Assembly (NCBI GenBank): GCA_017960565.1
Contig: JAGCYY010000009.1
Span: forward strand, 70,874-134,873
DNA from: a bacterium
Lineage (GTDB): Bacteria > Bacillota_I > Bacilli_A > Izemoplasmatales > UBA1188
Direction: 5' to 3'
DNA: 64,000 nucleotides
Shown: positions 63,631-64,000 of the stretch, piece by piece
How positions within the stretch are numbered: position 1 is the stretch's first letter
How the letters are laid out: each line of letters begins with the position of its first letter
Position numbers and translations under genes: made by a program
Notes under the pieces: generated by a model
Databases searched by the model: none
The model's input: only the letters and a program-made list of their open reading frames with translations
Told to the model about the DNA's origin: nothing

Positions 63631-64000
63631 TTATACTTTGATATCAAATTCAGTGTCGAGTGTTTTAAAGATTTCTTCTTCTCCCATATCATATCTAACT
63701 AAGATATCTTTAGATCCATCTTTAAATATTAATTCAACTCTTTTGTTTTCTTCTTTGTCAATATAGACAAGATGTATTTCTGATGAACCAGATAATTTTA
63801 AAACCGGAATTTTGATTTCATCATGCCAATTTATGATGCTTTCTAGATGTTCTGTCTCATTGTCATTCATGTCTTTCATATAGATTTCTTTGAAATCAAA
63901 ATATCCATAATCATCATTATAATTAAGATTTATGTGATATGTTCCATCTGCGCTTCTTGTCGTGCAGTGACATTCGCCAGTTAGTGCCTTGAATGTTGAG
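63631..64000 (-). CDS. Hypothetical protein, C-terminal part (ORF is open to the window edge)
   Basis: The ORF-track ATG at 63879 is internal. The same frame stays open upstream to 63999 (..STFKALTGECHCTTRSADGTYHINLNYNDDYGYFDFKEIYMKDMNDNE..). No family recognised. Confidence 0.5.
   Translation of the reverse strand, partial: STFKALTGECHCTTRSADGTYHINLNYNDDYGYFDFKEIYMKDMNDNETEHLESIINWHDEIKIPVLKLSGSSEIHLVYIDKEENKRVELIFKDGSKDILVRYDMGEEEIFKTLDTEFDIKV

Overview
Very AT-rich chromosomal segment that uses the standard bacterial code: TGA terminates natural C-termini (e.g. the ABC ATPase ending at 32230) and Trp is TGG. Gene content looks like a low-G+C Bacillota/Mycoplasmatota-type organism (Erysipelotrichia- or Acholeplasma-like), but the taxon cannot be fixed from sequence alone. 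There are about 60 protein genes, the large majority on the minus strand, tightly packed with many 1-30 nt overlaps. I saw no transposase, integrase, phage gene or CRISPR array.

The backbone is housekeeping:
- a ParE/GyrB-type 5' fragment, yneF, ferredoxin and fhs;
- the conserved block phoH-ybeY-cdd-era-recO-glyQS-dnaG-rpoD-trmK-nif3;
- rpsU, mtaB/rsmE, argS, tRNA-Leu(CAA), glgC-glgA, a P-type ATPase, ispG and rpmG;
- infC-rpmI-rplT with an L20-type attenuator leader.

Three real genes are absent from the ORF track because they are under 60 aa: a 2x[4Fe-4S] ferredoxin (717-884), rpsU (14056-14235) and rpmG (47693-47851). Both window edges cut genes (1-273 and 63631-64000).

Most noteworthy observations:
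1. An orphan ~160-nt structured RNA on the minus strand (30368-30526). It has an 18-bp terminal helix, its own promoter and a U-tract, and a rod-plus-bubble architecture like 6S RNA.
2. A perfect 90-bp tandem duplication (43811-43990) sitting exactly on the overlap junction of an ABC-like ATPase gene and its permease. That ATPase has lost its Walker A Lys, Q-loop Gln, signature motif and catalytic Glu.
3. A three-gene insertion of unknown function between rpsU and mtaB. It includes a protein with two ~117-aa internal repeats plus a ribosomal uL15-like C-terminal tail, and a membrane protein with four YegP-like repeats.
4. An XRE-HTH domain fused to an M18 aminopeptidase.
5. A divergent extra sigma-like gene coupled to fhs.
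6. A tight co-directional cluster of nine ORFs ending in a radical SAM/SPASM gene, an ECF sigma factor and a membrane vWA protein.

All functional calls rest on motif recognition by eye. No database search was run.
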